From positions 11,882,896 through 11,946,895 of the forward strand of contig CM119269.1 in the NCBI GenBank assembly GCA_051294375.1: a DNA stretch of 64,000 nt, given 5' to 3'. Below, piece after piece: positions 49,901-62,198 of the stretch. Position 1 is the stretch's first letter. Every line of letters starts with the position of its first letter. This DNA is from Paraspadella gotoi (taxonomy: Eukaryota; Animalia; Chaetognatha). The notes under the pieces were generated by a model. The model searched no databases and had not been told where the DNA came from. It worked only from the letters and a program-made list of their open reading frames with translations. The translations under genes were made by a program, and so were the position numbers.

Positions 49901-52900
49901 ACCGTTAAAAATTAACCATTAATAACGGTGAAAAATGTTTTTAACTTAACCGTTAATTTTTTTATTTTAAAGGTTAAATTCGGTTAAATTTTATTTTTTG
50001 TAATTTAGATATTTTGTTAAAAAATATTTTGTTTTCTTAAAAAAAAGTAAAACGCTTAAATCAGACACACTTTTTTTTAATATAAATACAGGTTTTTATA
50101 TTTAGAAAGAGTTTTAAATTATATTTCAAAAAAGATTTTAATTCATAAAGATATTCATAAAAAATAGAGATGGCAAAGCTTCTATTTTCTATTTCTCTCT
50201 GTCTCTCTCTCTCCTTCTTTTGCACAAGTTTTGTATTGAAGAGACAGTAATTATTGATAAGTGTTAATGACAGAACCGTTCAATATAAGCAGTCCCTGAG
50301 CTTCGGATCAGGCTGTAACACCATGTTACAGGCGGGTTAAGCGCCCCGTCCATCTTAACCGCCAGACGACCACCGGGCTAGAACCCCGGACCTTTGGGTT
50401 GGGAGGCGAATGACTTGCCTCTGGCACCAATGGCCGCTGATGAACGGTTGGTGGATTTTTAGTCCACCATAGTATACCATATAAAAAACTTGTTAACGCT
50501 GATGAAGACAACAGTTGAAACATGTACGTTTCTTTTTAAAATAAAATCGTTGTTAAAATAAAATTTAAACTTTTTTTAAAAAATATTTACTACACAACAA
50601 AAAGAAAGGACAATAAACAAAGTTTTTATATTTATTATTTATTTAATTTATATTATGTTTCGCCTCAGTTATTTTCTGTCATTTGGCCAAATGACTTAAA
50701 AGTAGCATGGACATTTTGATACAGTAGCATCCGTCTAGAATTTCTGAGACGGCAAGCTCTGTAACTCGAATACAAATGATAATTCGAAAGCGAGTTTTTG
50801 TCTTGTTATCGAGTACTCATATGGCTACTCCCCCTTCGGTAAGCCATTGCTCTACGACCACTTTTGGGACATAGCAGTTTATTGTAAAATTTTATTTTGA
50901 GTGGGATTCGAATCCTTCCAATTCTTTCCGCGCCGAAGTCTTAGCTTTTAACCGCTCGGCCATCTCGTTATTTAAAAAAATTTTCAAAAACCCTAATATA
51001 AATATTGTTTTTTTTTTCTTTTTTTTATGCCAACCGAAAACTTTATTCCCTTTTATAAATGATTTCATTCTTTCATTCTCTCAATCGTTAGCCTATTTAA
51101 TAATATTGATACAATAAGCGACGATGTATAAAAACAGTTTCAGTTGTTTCACAATAAACAACAGGTAAAAACACTTTAAAATCAATGGGAAAATGTTTGA
51201 CATAGCGGCTTAACAACGAGAAAACTCGGATGTCAAAATCTCTACCGTCGGACGTTGAGCCGTCCTGCCCCTATGGCGATGCCCACGTTGGCCACAGCGA
51301 ACGCCAATACAATGTTTCTTATAACTATTCACAGAGAACGATTTCAAAACACAATTTTTTTTATGGCTGCATACACTGCACCATGCTTAACTTTCATCGT
51401 GTCTTACATCGAAATCATTCATACCAAATTTCAATAATTGTGGTCTAGTAGTTTTCTTGGAACGAGTTCTTGGTAACAAAAAAGGAGTCCCTAATTTTAT
51501 AATTTGAAGCCTTCTGTATTTATCTCAAATCTCGCCAAATTATGAAACAGAGACCAACAAGATAACCAGAAGACGATTTGGCCGAACGCATGTTAACATT
51601 AAGGAATTTTTTGATTCCCAAAAAAAATTAAAAGCAAACCTACAGCTTTTATATAATTTATTCTGAACAAAATTTTCTTGAAAATCATTTGGCCGAGTGC
51701 GTAGCGCGCCGGATTTCAACCTTAAGAAAAGGTTTCAGGATCAAATCTGGCTGAAGTTTCTTTTTACAATAACTTCTGATGTCCCAAAATTGGTCGTAGG
51801 GCAATGGCTTACCGAAGGGGGAGTAGGCCATATGTGTACTCGATATCAAGACAAAAGCTCTCTTTCAAATTATCATTTGTACTCGAGTTACAGAGCTTGC
51901 CGTCTCAGAAATTCTAGACGGATGCTACTGTATAAAATACAAGTTTCTAAATCTTTATCTCTACTTTTCATTCATCACACCTGATATCATGAGCATGATA
52001 TACACCAAGTTATTTCAAAATTTTTTGGTATTGGCCTGCCATGAATCACTATTAAAAATATACTTTGGAAACTGTCAAGATTGCTAGTTGCTTACTGATC
52101 TTCAATGAAATAATATCTTTAAAACAGACCGTATCCTTAAATTTTTGTGAGCTGAGATGAGTAAAATCAAGTCAGCACAAAGCTCTATGTAGAACCAAAT
52201 TCCTAAACTCGATCCCAAACATTTTTTCATAATGTTTTTATATTTTTGGATAGAGAATGACTGGAATAATGTAAATCTTAAGTTACGTCTAAATTGGCCC
52301 ATGGGTTTAGAAGAAATTGATCAAAAACAACCAAAATTCCTTTCCCTTTTTTCAACATTTTCCCCTTTTAAGATTTTTGCCAATTCTGACTTCCTCTTAC
52401 AAACTTTAATTCCGCTAGTTATTTTTTTTTCCTTAAACGAACAAAAGGATTCCATAACTTTCTATTATTTTATAATTTCTGGGTAAAAAAATATAATGAA
52501 TTACATTAACATTGGGATATTATGAAAGTATAATGTCTTGTGAAGCCTGTATGAGTGAAATAATTAAAAAATTTGCCCATTTTATTATTGAAAAATGAAC
52601 AGTAAAGTGAAGAAGTTGAATGTCTTCCGGCTCATTTCAGAAAACATCCCAGTTCTCTAGCATAAAATGTTTACTTTTTGCTGGTGGAAAAGAAAGGATA
52701 AATACTTAGGCTGTGATGGGTGTAATAATATTTTGTAGAATTTTGTAAGCATGCTTGTAATATCAGTCAAGCAAATATTTAAGTTAAATAAAAAATTATA
52801 TTTTCTTTATCCAAAACTTTAAAGTTTTACTAGTGTACAATTTAGCCCTTTTTCTTTCAGAATCACTAAAAAGAATTTAATTTTCATTTATTTTTATGGG

Positions 52901-55900
52901 TTTCATTAGTTTTAAAATTCATTATAATTTTGACTTAGTTTGACACTCACCCTGTAAAGAGGTTTCAGCAAAAATAATTCTAATATTGTAACTTGTATGT
53001 GCCCAATGATTATGGCTTCATTTTGGTACTATTGCCATCCCTGTATCTTTGTTCCTTCAAAATATATCAGGAAAAATCAGTTTTTTCTCTCAACCTTCCT
53101 TTTAATTTCTTCTTAAATAAAAATTTCATGTTGTCAAACCAGACCAATGGACTTTACCACGTTGGTTTACTATGAAGAGTTTGGTCAATCTGAAAAGAAA
53201 AATTTGGCAAGCTCTTGAGACAAGAGGCTTTCTCAATCTCATAATTCGAAGTAATATTTATAATGTTAACATACCCTAGCCCCATTTACAATTTTTGAAA
53301 AAGCAAAATTTCCCGTTCATTTCATAGTAAAAACAAGGTTTGAAAATTCTCCGGAGATGACTAGTGCATTTCCCCTGGCTTGTTTGATTATAATTCTTTG
53401 GCTAGCTCTTCAGATATAACGCTATCGGAATCGTGTGTTTTTACAACTGTTTTTTACCCGAATTTCTGGCAATCTCGTTTGCAATTGGGTAGTCAGATTT
53501 TAACGGAAATCTCTATTAGAAAAATGTTGAATTTTTTTTTAAGCGAGATTCTCGTCTACTCTATGAAATTTTAAAAAATGAGGTTTTGAAAAAATATATT
53601 CTGCACTACTCGGTGTAAGCAGAGAAGTGCAAAAGAAAATTTAATCTCTTAACTCAAAACTTTAACTTTTGATGCTTTTTAAAGATAGTAATGAAGAGAC
53701 AGTAATTATTGATAAGTGTTAATGACAGAATCGTTCAATATAAGCAGTCCCTGAGCTTCGGATCAGGCTGTAACACCATGTTACAGGCGGGTTAAGCGCC
53801 CCGTCCCTCTTAACTGCCAGACGACCACCGGGCTAGAACCCCGGACCTTTGGGTTGGGAGGAGAATGACTTGCCTCCGGCACCAATGGCCGCTGATGAAC
53901 GGTTGGTGGATTTTAGTCCACCATAGTAATTATGAGCTTCTATCTTTATAAAATTTAATAGCTATTATAGATATTTTTATTATAATTAATTCAGTGTCTT
54001 TCTTTACTTTATTAGTGCATCCTATGTATTGAAATAAGTTTTAATTGTTTTCCTTCTTTTTTTGCATTTATATTATCAAATAAGCGCATCACGCATAAAA
54101 GGGGTATATTTTTTCGCAATCGAGTAAACAAAAAGATTTCGGAATCTTCTTTACCGTTTTTTTAAATTTCAGATTTTTTTTTAAATTTCTTTTTCCTTTT
54201 TTTCTCACTTTTTTTTTCCAACAATTAATTCCTAATTACTATTGCATAAAAAGATTTTTATTACAAAATATCGAGATTGTTATTTTATTAGATATTGCAT
54301 TCTAAATTCAAATCATTTCAATGGTAAGAAGAGTTAGTAAGAATGAGGAGGATGAGGAGATGAAGCAGAAAGTAGGATGAAAATCAGAGAGAGAGAGTGA
54401 GAGAGAGACAGTGAGAGAGAGAGAGAAAAGAAGAGAAACTCTCAAAAATTTCTTCAAAGCAAATGTCTCGATAAGGTATAGTTGCCGCTGGAAAACCATT
54501 GTCAGCAGAATATTGGAGTCCGGTATCAATAGAATCTAAAATTTATGATAAAAAGACAGAATTTATCGAAAAGGAAAGTAAAAACAACTAAATACGTTCT
54601 CAAGGATTTTCAAAAAGACTGTTCTCATTTCGTGCGGGCCATACCGTGAGACATATCCATGAATTTCAGTAAACAGTTGAAAGGTCTTTTCATCCTCTTG
54701 AATTCGCCGTATGCGAACAAAAAAAATTTCAGGGAAAATTAATAAAACGAAGAAAAGATGACCGAAATCTCGAATTCCAACGCGGTAAACGTTAAAACTA
54801 GTGTTCCGATAACCGTTAACAGTTAACGGTTATTAACGGTTAAAAATAATTTTAACTTAACCGTTAATATATTTATTTTAACGGTTAAATTCGGTTAATA
54901 TTCAAATGTGATTTTTTTTCATTTTTTGGTATGAAATCTTAAATTTAAAAAAAATATATTTTTTTCCTATCCTCTCTTATTCTCCTTTCCCCTTCTCACC
55001 ATATTTTTACCCCTCTCTCTTTCTCCACTTTTTCCCTGCTTTTTTCCTTTGTTATTTTCTTCTTTTTTCTATCCTAATCTCTCTCTTATTCTTTCTTCCC
55101 CTTATTTATCTCCTCCTTATTCTTTCTTTTTCTTTCTCACTTCCCCTTTTTCTTTCCCCCTTTCTTTTCTCTCCTTTTTTCTCCCTTTTATTTTACCTTT
55201 TTCTCTTTTTCGCCCTTCCATGCAATAATATATATTCAATTTCCCTCTTTAAAATGAACAAAGAAGCAAATGAAATAAAACCGAATGAATTTAAAAAATT
55301 AATAAAAAACCAAATAAAAAAAATCATTTTAAAAAATTTAAAAATTGATATTAGAAGGAACAAATCTTAAAAAAGACATTAAGGCTCACTAAAACTATTC
55401 TTCAATAAGGATGATATACTTTTTATTTAACTGAAAAATATATTTATCAATCAATAAATCTTTTGATCAATCGATAAATCAACCAGTCTATCAATAAATT
55501 AAAATTCATATTTATATTAATGGTCAATGGTCATGGTTTATGAAAGACTAACAACAGAAAACAAGCGTTCAAAAAACTAACAACTACAAAAATAATGAGG
55601 AAGAGAAGTAGAGAAAGAAAAATAGAAAGCAAAAGAGAGAAGAGAAAACAAAATATACTTGAATTAGAATTCGATGGTATCCTTTCGTTTTGTTGTATTA
55701 TGAATTAACAAAAAATATTTGTTTTGTTACAACAATAATTTTTTTATGACATAAAAAACAGAAATGTTTCGACTCGGTTTCGAGTCTTTCTCAGCGCATT
55801 CAGGAGCCAGAGTTAAAGAGAAAATACCATTAAATACTTTAGTTTGTTTTAAATTATAAATTTAACCGATCTTAACGGTTAACCGTTAAAAATGTTAGTT

Positions 55901-57651
55901 TTAACGGTTAAGCGAATTTCCTAAAAAATTAACGGTTATCGGAACTCTAGTTAAAACTATTCCTTTTCGGTTTTACCCCGTTTTATGCGTGATGCCTTAG
56001 TCTCTAAATAAACTAGGACTAAGCTCTGACGAAAAAAGTCAGAGGTTTTTTAATATATTCTTTGACCGGCCAATGTAGAATGATGGCAATATTGCTATTT
56101 TGAAGTTTCAAAAAAATCCGACCATAAATATAAAAAATATTAACCAAAATCTTCGGAAAATCTACCCCTTCTTTGGAAGATTTTCGCCATATAAGATTTT
56201 TTTCCGAATCTGACTCCCGGTTGAAAACTTTTAGAATTCCGATCATAAGCTCCTCTTTTACTTTTACTTTAAATAAAAATTTCACCAAATGGACTAATTC
56301 ACTTTACCATGATCGTATCATATTAAAATAACCAAATGAAATATAAGAAAAATTTTGAGAGCCCTTCAGACATATTGCTATCGGATTCCTGAATTCGAAG
56401 TTTATTGTAAAATGACAACATACCTTAAATGCGTTGACATTGTATTGAAGTTGAGAAATCTCTTTATTTTATATATAAAAATTGCAGAAAAAATATTTTC
56501 CCGAGCGGACCAGTCCATTTAAATCGAATGGTTCGATGTCAAAATGATGGTTATTAGTCAAGAGAAAAAAAATGCGAGCCCTTGAGATGCAACAGGATCC
56601 GAATCGAGTGTTTTTACATCTATTTTTTACCTGAATTTTTCCCAGGGGCGTTGACATTATTTGGTAGTCAGATTTTAACGAAAATCTCTCATTGAAAAAG
56701 TCTTCCTCGATTTCTAAGAACGACGTAGACTCCTAAATAAACCGATTTAACCGTTAACGGTTAAAAAAGTCGATTTTTAAACGGTTAACCGACGTTGTAG
56801 AAAAATTAACGGTTAAGTAAACGCTATATTCAACCCCGTCTCGTGCAGGCGAACTGGAACAGCTCGCTGAGGGATTGAACCGGGAGGAAGAGCGACAGAT
56901 GAAGAGGATGATTCAACGGATCAACACGCTCGTGGAATACGCGGAAGACCGCAACGTTCGCGTCATGATCGACGCTGAACAAACCTACTTTCAACCCGCC
57001 ATCTCTAGGCTCGCCGTCGAAATGATGAAGCTCTTTAACAAGGACAAAGCCCTCGTGTTTAATACGTATCAGTGCTATCTGAAAGACGCTTTGGAGACGG
57101 TGAAGCGAGACATTCGATCGGCTGAAAAACACAACTATTACTTCGCCTGCAAACTCGTCCGCGGGGCGTACATGGAACAGGAGCGGAAACGAGCCGCCAA
57201 ACTGGGCTACGACGATCCCATCAACCCTACCTACGAAGCGACCAACGCAATGTACAATTCCGTTTTCGATCACGTACTCTCCCGCGTTCCCCAGCGCCCC
57301 ATCGGACAGACGAGCGTGATGCTCGCCACGCACAACGAAGACTCTGTCCGATTCGCCGTGCGAAAGATGCACGACATGGGACTCTCGCCCGACGACAGAG
57401 TCGTTTGCTTCGGGCAACTTTTGGGGATGTGCGACCAAGTGTCGTTCAGCCTCGGGGCCGCGGGATACTCCGTATACAAGTACGTACCCTATGGGCCGGT
57501 GGACGAAGTCGTGCCTTACCTCGCTCGTCGAGCACAAGAGAACAGAGCGGTGATGAAAGGTGCTAATCGAGAGAGGGAGCTGCTCATGAAGGAACTCAAG
57601 AGAAGATTGGCGAAAGGGGAACTATTTTATAAGCCAACCATCGTGGTTTGA
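31982..57651 (+). CDS. PRODH: Mitochondrial proline dehydrogenase (5 exons, about 661 aa)
   Basis: Exons 31982-32566, 42877-43078, 43180-43367, 49623-49830 and 56849-57651 are in consistent phase. Motifs [52 protein letters not shown] and KYVPYGPV...YLARRAQEN are present. Confidence 0.95.
32602..33803 (+). mobile_element. Helentron-associated (HINE/DINE-1-like) element; further copies at about 34031-36073, 43390-44706 and 44720-45270
   Basis: Starts in a T-run with TTATCGTCGCAATCGC plus an adjacent partial inverted repeat, followed by a (GTC)n microsatellite. The 3' subterminal inverted repeat GCGATTGCGACGAT precedes a T-run. No TSD. Confidence 0.6.
35240..35848 (+). mobile_element. MITE with TA...CTA ends (copy at 34121-34718; related elements at 46550-47153 and around the TRIM at 28.0-29.2 kb)
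   Basis: Two near-identical copies of about 600 bp. Flanks are TTATTAG/TTATCAG here and GCCTAAA at 46550-47153. Confidence 0.7.
36118..37489 (+). repeat. 22-bp minisatellite, consensus ATCATCGCATCGATGAATTACT, about 60 units
   Basis: Direct tandem array with no spacers; remnant units continue at 37976-38012. Confidence 0.95.
37490..37975. mobile_element. Solo LTR (486 bp)
   Basis: TGTGG...CTACA termini, 4-bp TSD ATCA and an internal AATAAA; it interrupts the minisatellite. Confidence 0.7.
39922..41401. mobile_element. Insertion with TAGATA...TATCTA ends and 7-bp TSD
   Basis: CCCTTTA on both sides; the host family copy near 56460 shows the empty site. Confidence 0.75.
47844..48850. mobile_element. 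hAT-type MITE
   Basis: CAGGGTTGGCA ... TGCCAACCCAG, 8-bp TSD TCGGTTTG, AAAACCC subterminal repeats. Confidence 0.85.
49224..49459 (+). mobile_element. Solo LTR of the tRNA-containing TRIM
   Basis: TATGGTGG...CTCTTCA with TSD CTGT. Confidence 0.9.
50237..50471 (-). mobile_element. Solo LTR of the tRNA-containing TRIM
   Basis: TSD GTAT; the empty site is visible in the related sequence near 2003-2030. Confidence 0.9.
50495..50530 (+). ncRNA. Minimal hammerhead ribozyme motif with a short stem II
   Basis: AACG-CTGATGA-A-GAC-AACA-GTT-GAAA-CAT-GTA-CGTT. Confidence 0.7.
50722..51930. mobile_element. Tc1/mariner-type MITE
   Basis: TA-CAGTAGCATCCGTCTAGAATTTCTGAGACGGCAAGCTCTGTAACTCGA at the left end with a perfect inverted copy ending at 51930, followed by TA. 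Confidence 0.88.
53692..53925 (-). mobile_element. Solo LTR of the tRNA-containing TRIM
   Basis: Near-identical to 28192-28425; TSD GTAA. Confidence 0.9.
54799..55949 (-). mobile_element. hAT-type MITE related to 8653-10307
   Basis: TAGTGTTCCGATAACCG ... CGGTTATCGGAACTCTA with TSD GTTAAAAC. Confidence 0.88.
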
Positions 57652-59116
57652 ACGTTTTTTTTCTTTTTAATAAAAGAGCTTCCCGATTAAATATTTTTTT
57701 TCAATGATTGTCCATTATTTTAAGGGTTGACTTGATAATTCTTTTGATATATATTTTTAATTTTTCATACAGGGTTTTGTATCAAAGACTATTTTTACAA
57801 GTGTTTGCTGAATGCGGTTTTATTTTTTATTTATAAAACTAGTCGTATACTACGTATAATTAAGTTGTGGTGTTCTTTCTTGCTGCTTTCTATCTTTTCC
57901 ACCAGTGATTACAGGGATTACTAATACTTTAACCAGTGATTACCGTTTGGTTTTGTATGAAATGATCTCAACTTTTATGTCTTTATAATTCAGATATTTT
58001 TAACAAATTAATTTTGAATCAGTAATACCATTTAAAAAATTTAGTCTAATTTAAATTTGTTTCTCAACTTTTTTCGGAATCATGTATTTTTTTGTTTGGG
58101 ATTTAATATTTGCTGTTGTTTGAGTTTCATTTCTTTGAGAATATTCAGATTTTATTATTATAATGCTAAAACCCGCAGGGTACTCAAGATTTCGCCGTAG
58201 TTGCGCCCAAATTTTTTTTTGAATTGCCACAAGATTTCTGAAACTTGATCGGTTTCAAAGCTCGAGTGCGAGGGTGCTTTGCTGCTAAAATTATTTCGCC
58301 TCGATACCCCTTTGCGATGTCTGCTTTGGGAGAACAGATTTTGAGCCACCATTTCAACCCTTAAGTTTGTCAAATTGAGTGCTATTATAGAGTAACTGAA
58401 TGGCCTAATGTTAGCTATCTAAAATGTGGCTAAATTTTACTTTCGCCGACCGGGGTTTTGGCGTTTTTTGAAAAACCATTTAAAAATATTTATTTTTTAA
58501 AGAAAAATTATTAACAATTGTTACCTAATTACCCTAAACCTAAACCCGTTTAACCCTAACCACCCCCTTACCCTAAACCACCCTTAAACTAGCCTTAACC
58601 TAACCTTTGTTTTAGGTGGTTTTTGTTATACGTTATTGAACAAAGTTGCTATAGAAATTTATCGCATTGTTATCGCATTGTGATCGTTTAATAGATTACT
58701 TGATCGCTCAATTGTTATACAAAAAATGGATTTAATATGAAGAGGCAATTATTTTCTAATTTAGGTTAATAATAGAAATTTAACATTCTTTAAAGCTTTT
58801 TCTTCCTTGGGAAATTAGATTAAACCTGTCCTCGCTGCAATATATATCACAGCATCCAGCTAGTCATGGTTCTTTCGCTTTATTTTTAATATTTGTACAT
58901 TTTTCACCCAGCGACCCTATTCTATGCTAAAAGCTCTACTTCAACGGAATTAATCGCTTGTACGTAATATCTCTCATTTGATGGTTTTTTAAAAAATACA
59001 GATTTGAGTTTTTAATTATCGTTAAAACTATTTGTTATAATTTTTTATGGATAAATTGTTTTCTCTTTTGAAGCAGTTACAATAGATACTCTAAATACTT
59101 ACTATAATTACGACGC

Positions 59117-60174
59117 ATGGAACTTCATCCAATCTTCGACTCTGGTCTCGCTCCGGTAACCCAAGGACTCTGGTTCGTTTTGGCGGCAGAAGGCGAAGCT
59201 CCTCCGCCACTTGTCGGTTACACGCTCACTTACATTGAAGGTGACTGTAACTAATGTTTCATAATAATTGTGAACCGATGGCCTTGCTAAATTAAGTAAA
59301 ACATTTAAAATCTTTTTTAACCAGAAAAGAGAACCGCTTTCGTGATCGGGGGTGCGGATCCTAGCGGTTCCTACGCGCAAACGTTCAAGCTCTTACTCAA
59401 AGACGATGCCTTCAGTTGGGACGAGTGCGAGGCTGAAGGCTTTAAGGCCAGATATGAACACGCTGCATTTCATCCGGGTTGGAATACTTGTTAATGTGTG
59501 AATGTGTTGTATAAAAGTAATAAAAGGGTTTAAACCGTTCATGAATACTGCTTATCGTGAACTTGATAGGGAAAAACGTGAATTTTTTCCTCACATCGAT
59601 ACATCTCCCATCTTTTTTGTTAATTTTCTCTCGCATAGGAACGTAATTTGCACTTGAGAGCGTGTGCGTTAAGATAGTTTATTACTTATAAAAACGTTAC
59701 TTATCTTAACTTGGAAAAATTTCCGCCAACAGCTTCTCAGCCGAATTCCATCTACGTTTTCGGCGGCGCCGACCAAACTGGAAATTCCAATGAGATTCAA
59801 GTTTTCGATCTCGAATCCGAAACTTGGTCCACGCCCACCGTTTCGGGTCAGCCTCCTTCGCCGCGGACTTTTCACGCGTCATCGTCGGCCTGCAACGGGG
59901 ACGATTTCTACGTCTTTGGCGGAGGAGAAGAAGGTTTTAACAAAAGATGGTCATTCGATCGTCAATTCTTAATATTTCATCAGTTCTCAACTCTTCACTC
60001 ACTTTCCCTTGGACCCAGGAAGTCACCCGGTAGTCGACCGTGATTTGCACAAATTTAACGCCGCCAACGCTGAGTGGACGACGCTGCCGGCGACGGGGAT
60101 GATACCTCCATCGCGTCACGGACACGTTCTTCTTGTGGTGGACGGAAAGGTCTTCGTTTTTGGAGGAATATCAG
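59117..60174 (+). CDS. RABEPK: Rab9 effector protein with kelch motifs, first four exons (gene continues beyond the window)
   Basis: Exons 59117-59240, 59325-59477, 59733-59933 and 60019-60174 are in phase. Motifs ARYEHAAF, IYVFGGADQTGNSN, PPSPRTFHASS and PPSRHGH match RABEPK kelch repeats. Confidence 0.88.
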
Positions 60175-60201
60175 GTGCCGCTCCACGTTATTAGTGTATT
60201 A

Positions 60202-61831
60202 ACATCTGACACAAAATTATTGAGACGGCTTCCTGGGCCTGTAGACGGCGTCCAGGACGCCGTAGAAAGCTCCTTTTTTTAAAATAAAACCAAGAATGTT
60301 TGTCTACCAAACTGTAAATTTTTTTTTATCGGCCCGTGCGTTTTCAAGATGCAGTCAATTTCCTCTGAAGCGCGCTGTCAAGTCATTGTCCAATTCTACC
60401 AAAATCATGAACAAGAAGGAGCAGCATTTACAATTTTACAAGCGCCGGTAAAAAAACGCTGTCATTTACAAACCAGTGGTTATTTAATTGATTTTAAAAA
60501 TTAGTTGAGTACAAAATATTAAAGTCATTTATGTGTTCAAATTTGATATTTATCAGTTAAGATATGCCTTGGCAATGAGTGGAGAAAGTTGGCTTGTAAA
60601 ATCGGGTTTCATTTTTTAACTCACTGTTTTTAAATAATTATCTAAAATTTTAAATCTTTTTTAAAAATATACGACCTGTTTAAATTATTATAACATAAAA
60701 TATTATTATTATTTATATAAGTATCATGAAAGAGCCTGAAAAAAAGAGATTTAAGATAGCCAATCACAATTTGATAAAAATTTTAAATTTACCTTCCAGC
60801 TATTGATTTTTGGATGTCTTGTTTTTGAGTAATGAGTATCCTATTTAAATTAAAACTGGGCCGGTTAAATTTTTTACTTCAGTATTTGTAAGTATTATGG
60901 TGGACTAAAATCCACCAACCATTTATCAGTGGCCATTGGTGCTGGAGGCAAGTCATTCGCCTCCCAACCCAAAGGTCCGGGGTTCTAGCCTGGTGACCAC
61001 CTAGCAGTTAAGAGGGAAGGGGCGCTTAACCTGCCTTTAACAATGTTACAGCCTGATCCGAAGCTCAGGGATTGCTTATATTGAACGGTTCTGTCACTAA
61101 CACATAACAATAATTGCTGTCTCTTCAGTATGTCATTCTCTTTAGATTTGAAAGGGCTTTCAGAAGATAATAATATTAATATTATTTTATTTCAAATTTC
61201 TTCAGAAAACTTACTGAAAGTAAGAGAAAAAAATTGAATCTAAAAAAAGTGAGTTAGAAAATGAAACCCGATTTTACAAGCCAACTTTCTCCACTCATTG
61301 TTAAGGCATATCTTAACTGATCAATATAAAATTTGAACAAATAAATGACTTTAATATTTTCTACTCAACTAACTTATAAAATCAATGAAATAACCACTGG
61401 TTTGCAAATGACAGCGTTTTTTTACCGGCGCTTGTAAAATTGTCACCATGTACTTTACAGTATCTTTTGAAGCTAAATGTTAGCCGTCCATCTATTTATC
61501 GCATAATACAAAGAGTAAAGTCTGGAGATATTCTCAAGCACAAAAAAGGCGCAGGGCGGCCAATAAAAAATTATGGCAAGACAGTCGCGCACCATCGTGA
61601 AAGGAATGGAAAATAAATTTGGGTTTTCTACGAGAAAGCTGGCGTCTCGATTGAAGGTCCCTACGCCACATTTCACTAGAAAATCGTGACTTTTTTTGGT
61701 TCAACTTGTTTGTCTGTATTTAGTTAACGTTATTAGTATTAAAAAATTATATTTTGCATTTATATTTACAATAAAATGTTATAAACTTTAACACATTAAA
61801 TCTTTTGTCTCAATAATTATGTGTCAGATGT
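60202..61831 (+). mobile_element. Internally deleted Tc1-like transposon with a transposase relic
   Basis: TA-ACATCTGACACAAAATTATTGAGAC ... GTCTCAATAATTATGTGTCAGATGT-TA. About 61470-61670 encodes KLNVSRPSIYRIIQRVKSGDILKHKKGAGRP, then after a frameshift ...STRKLASRLKV (paired-like HTH). Confidence 0.75.
60896..61127 (+). mobile_element. Solo LTR of the tRNA-containing TRIM
   Basis: TATGGTGG...CTCTTCA with TSD GTAT. Confidence 0.9.
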
Positions 61832-62073
61832 TATTTATACGTTATTATTTATTATTTCTAAATTAAACTTTGTGATTTTTGAGCTCTATCTTTACTTTTC
61901 AATTTCACTTTATTACTTATTAACTCATCTCTCAAATCTATCCTTTCAATTTCAAATTTCCTGTTTCATTCTCACTAATTATTAAGTAGATTAATTGTTA
62001 TATTTCACTAATATTCATCAGTTTAAATTTTTTCTTATTGTTATACATTACACAATGTAAAGATTTTGCAGTG

Positions 62074-62131
<58 letters not shown>

Positions 62132-62198
62132 ACCATTTCACTTCTTTTCACAACTTACTCTGTCTTTTCTCAACTTCAGCCTGTCCTCACCAATTGAC

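Larger units (their letters stand above)
49888..56826. mobile_element. hAT-type element expanded to 6.9 kb by nested insertions
   Basis: TAGAGATTCCTTAACCGTT ... AACGGTTAAGTAAACGCTA with 8-bp TSD TATTCAAC (49880-49887 and 56827-56834). Confidence 0.8.

Noticed and set aside
56830-57537. Long antisense or alternative-frame ORFs over PRODH, SUOX and TEKT1 exons
   Set aside because: They are shadows of GC-rich coding exons with no independent motifs.
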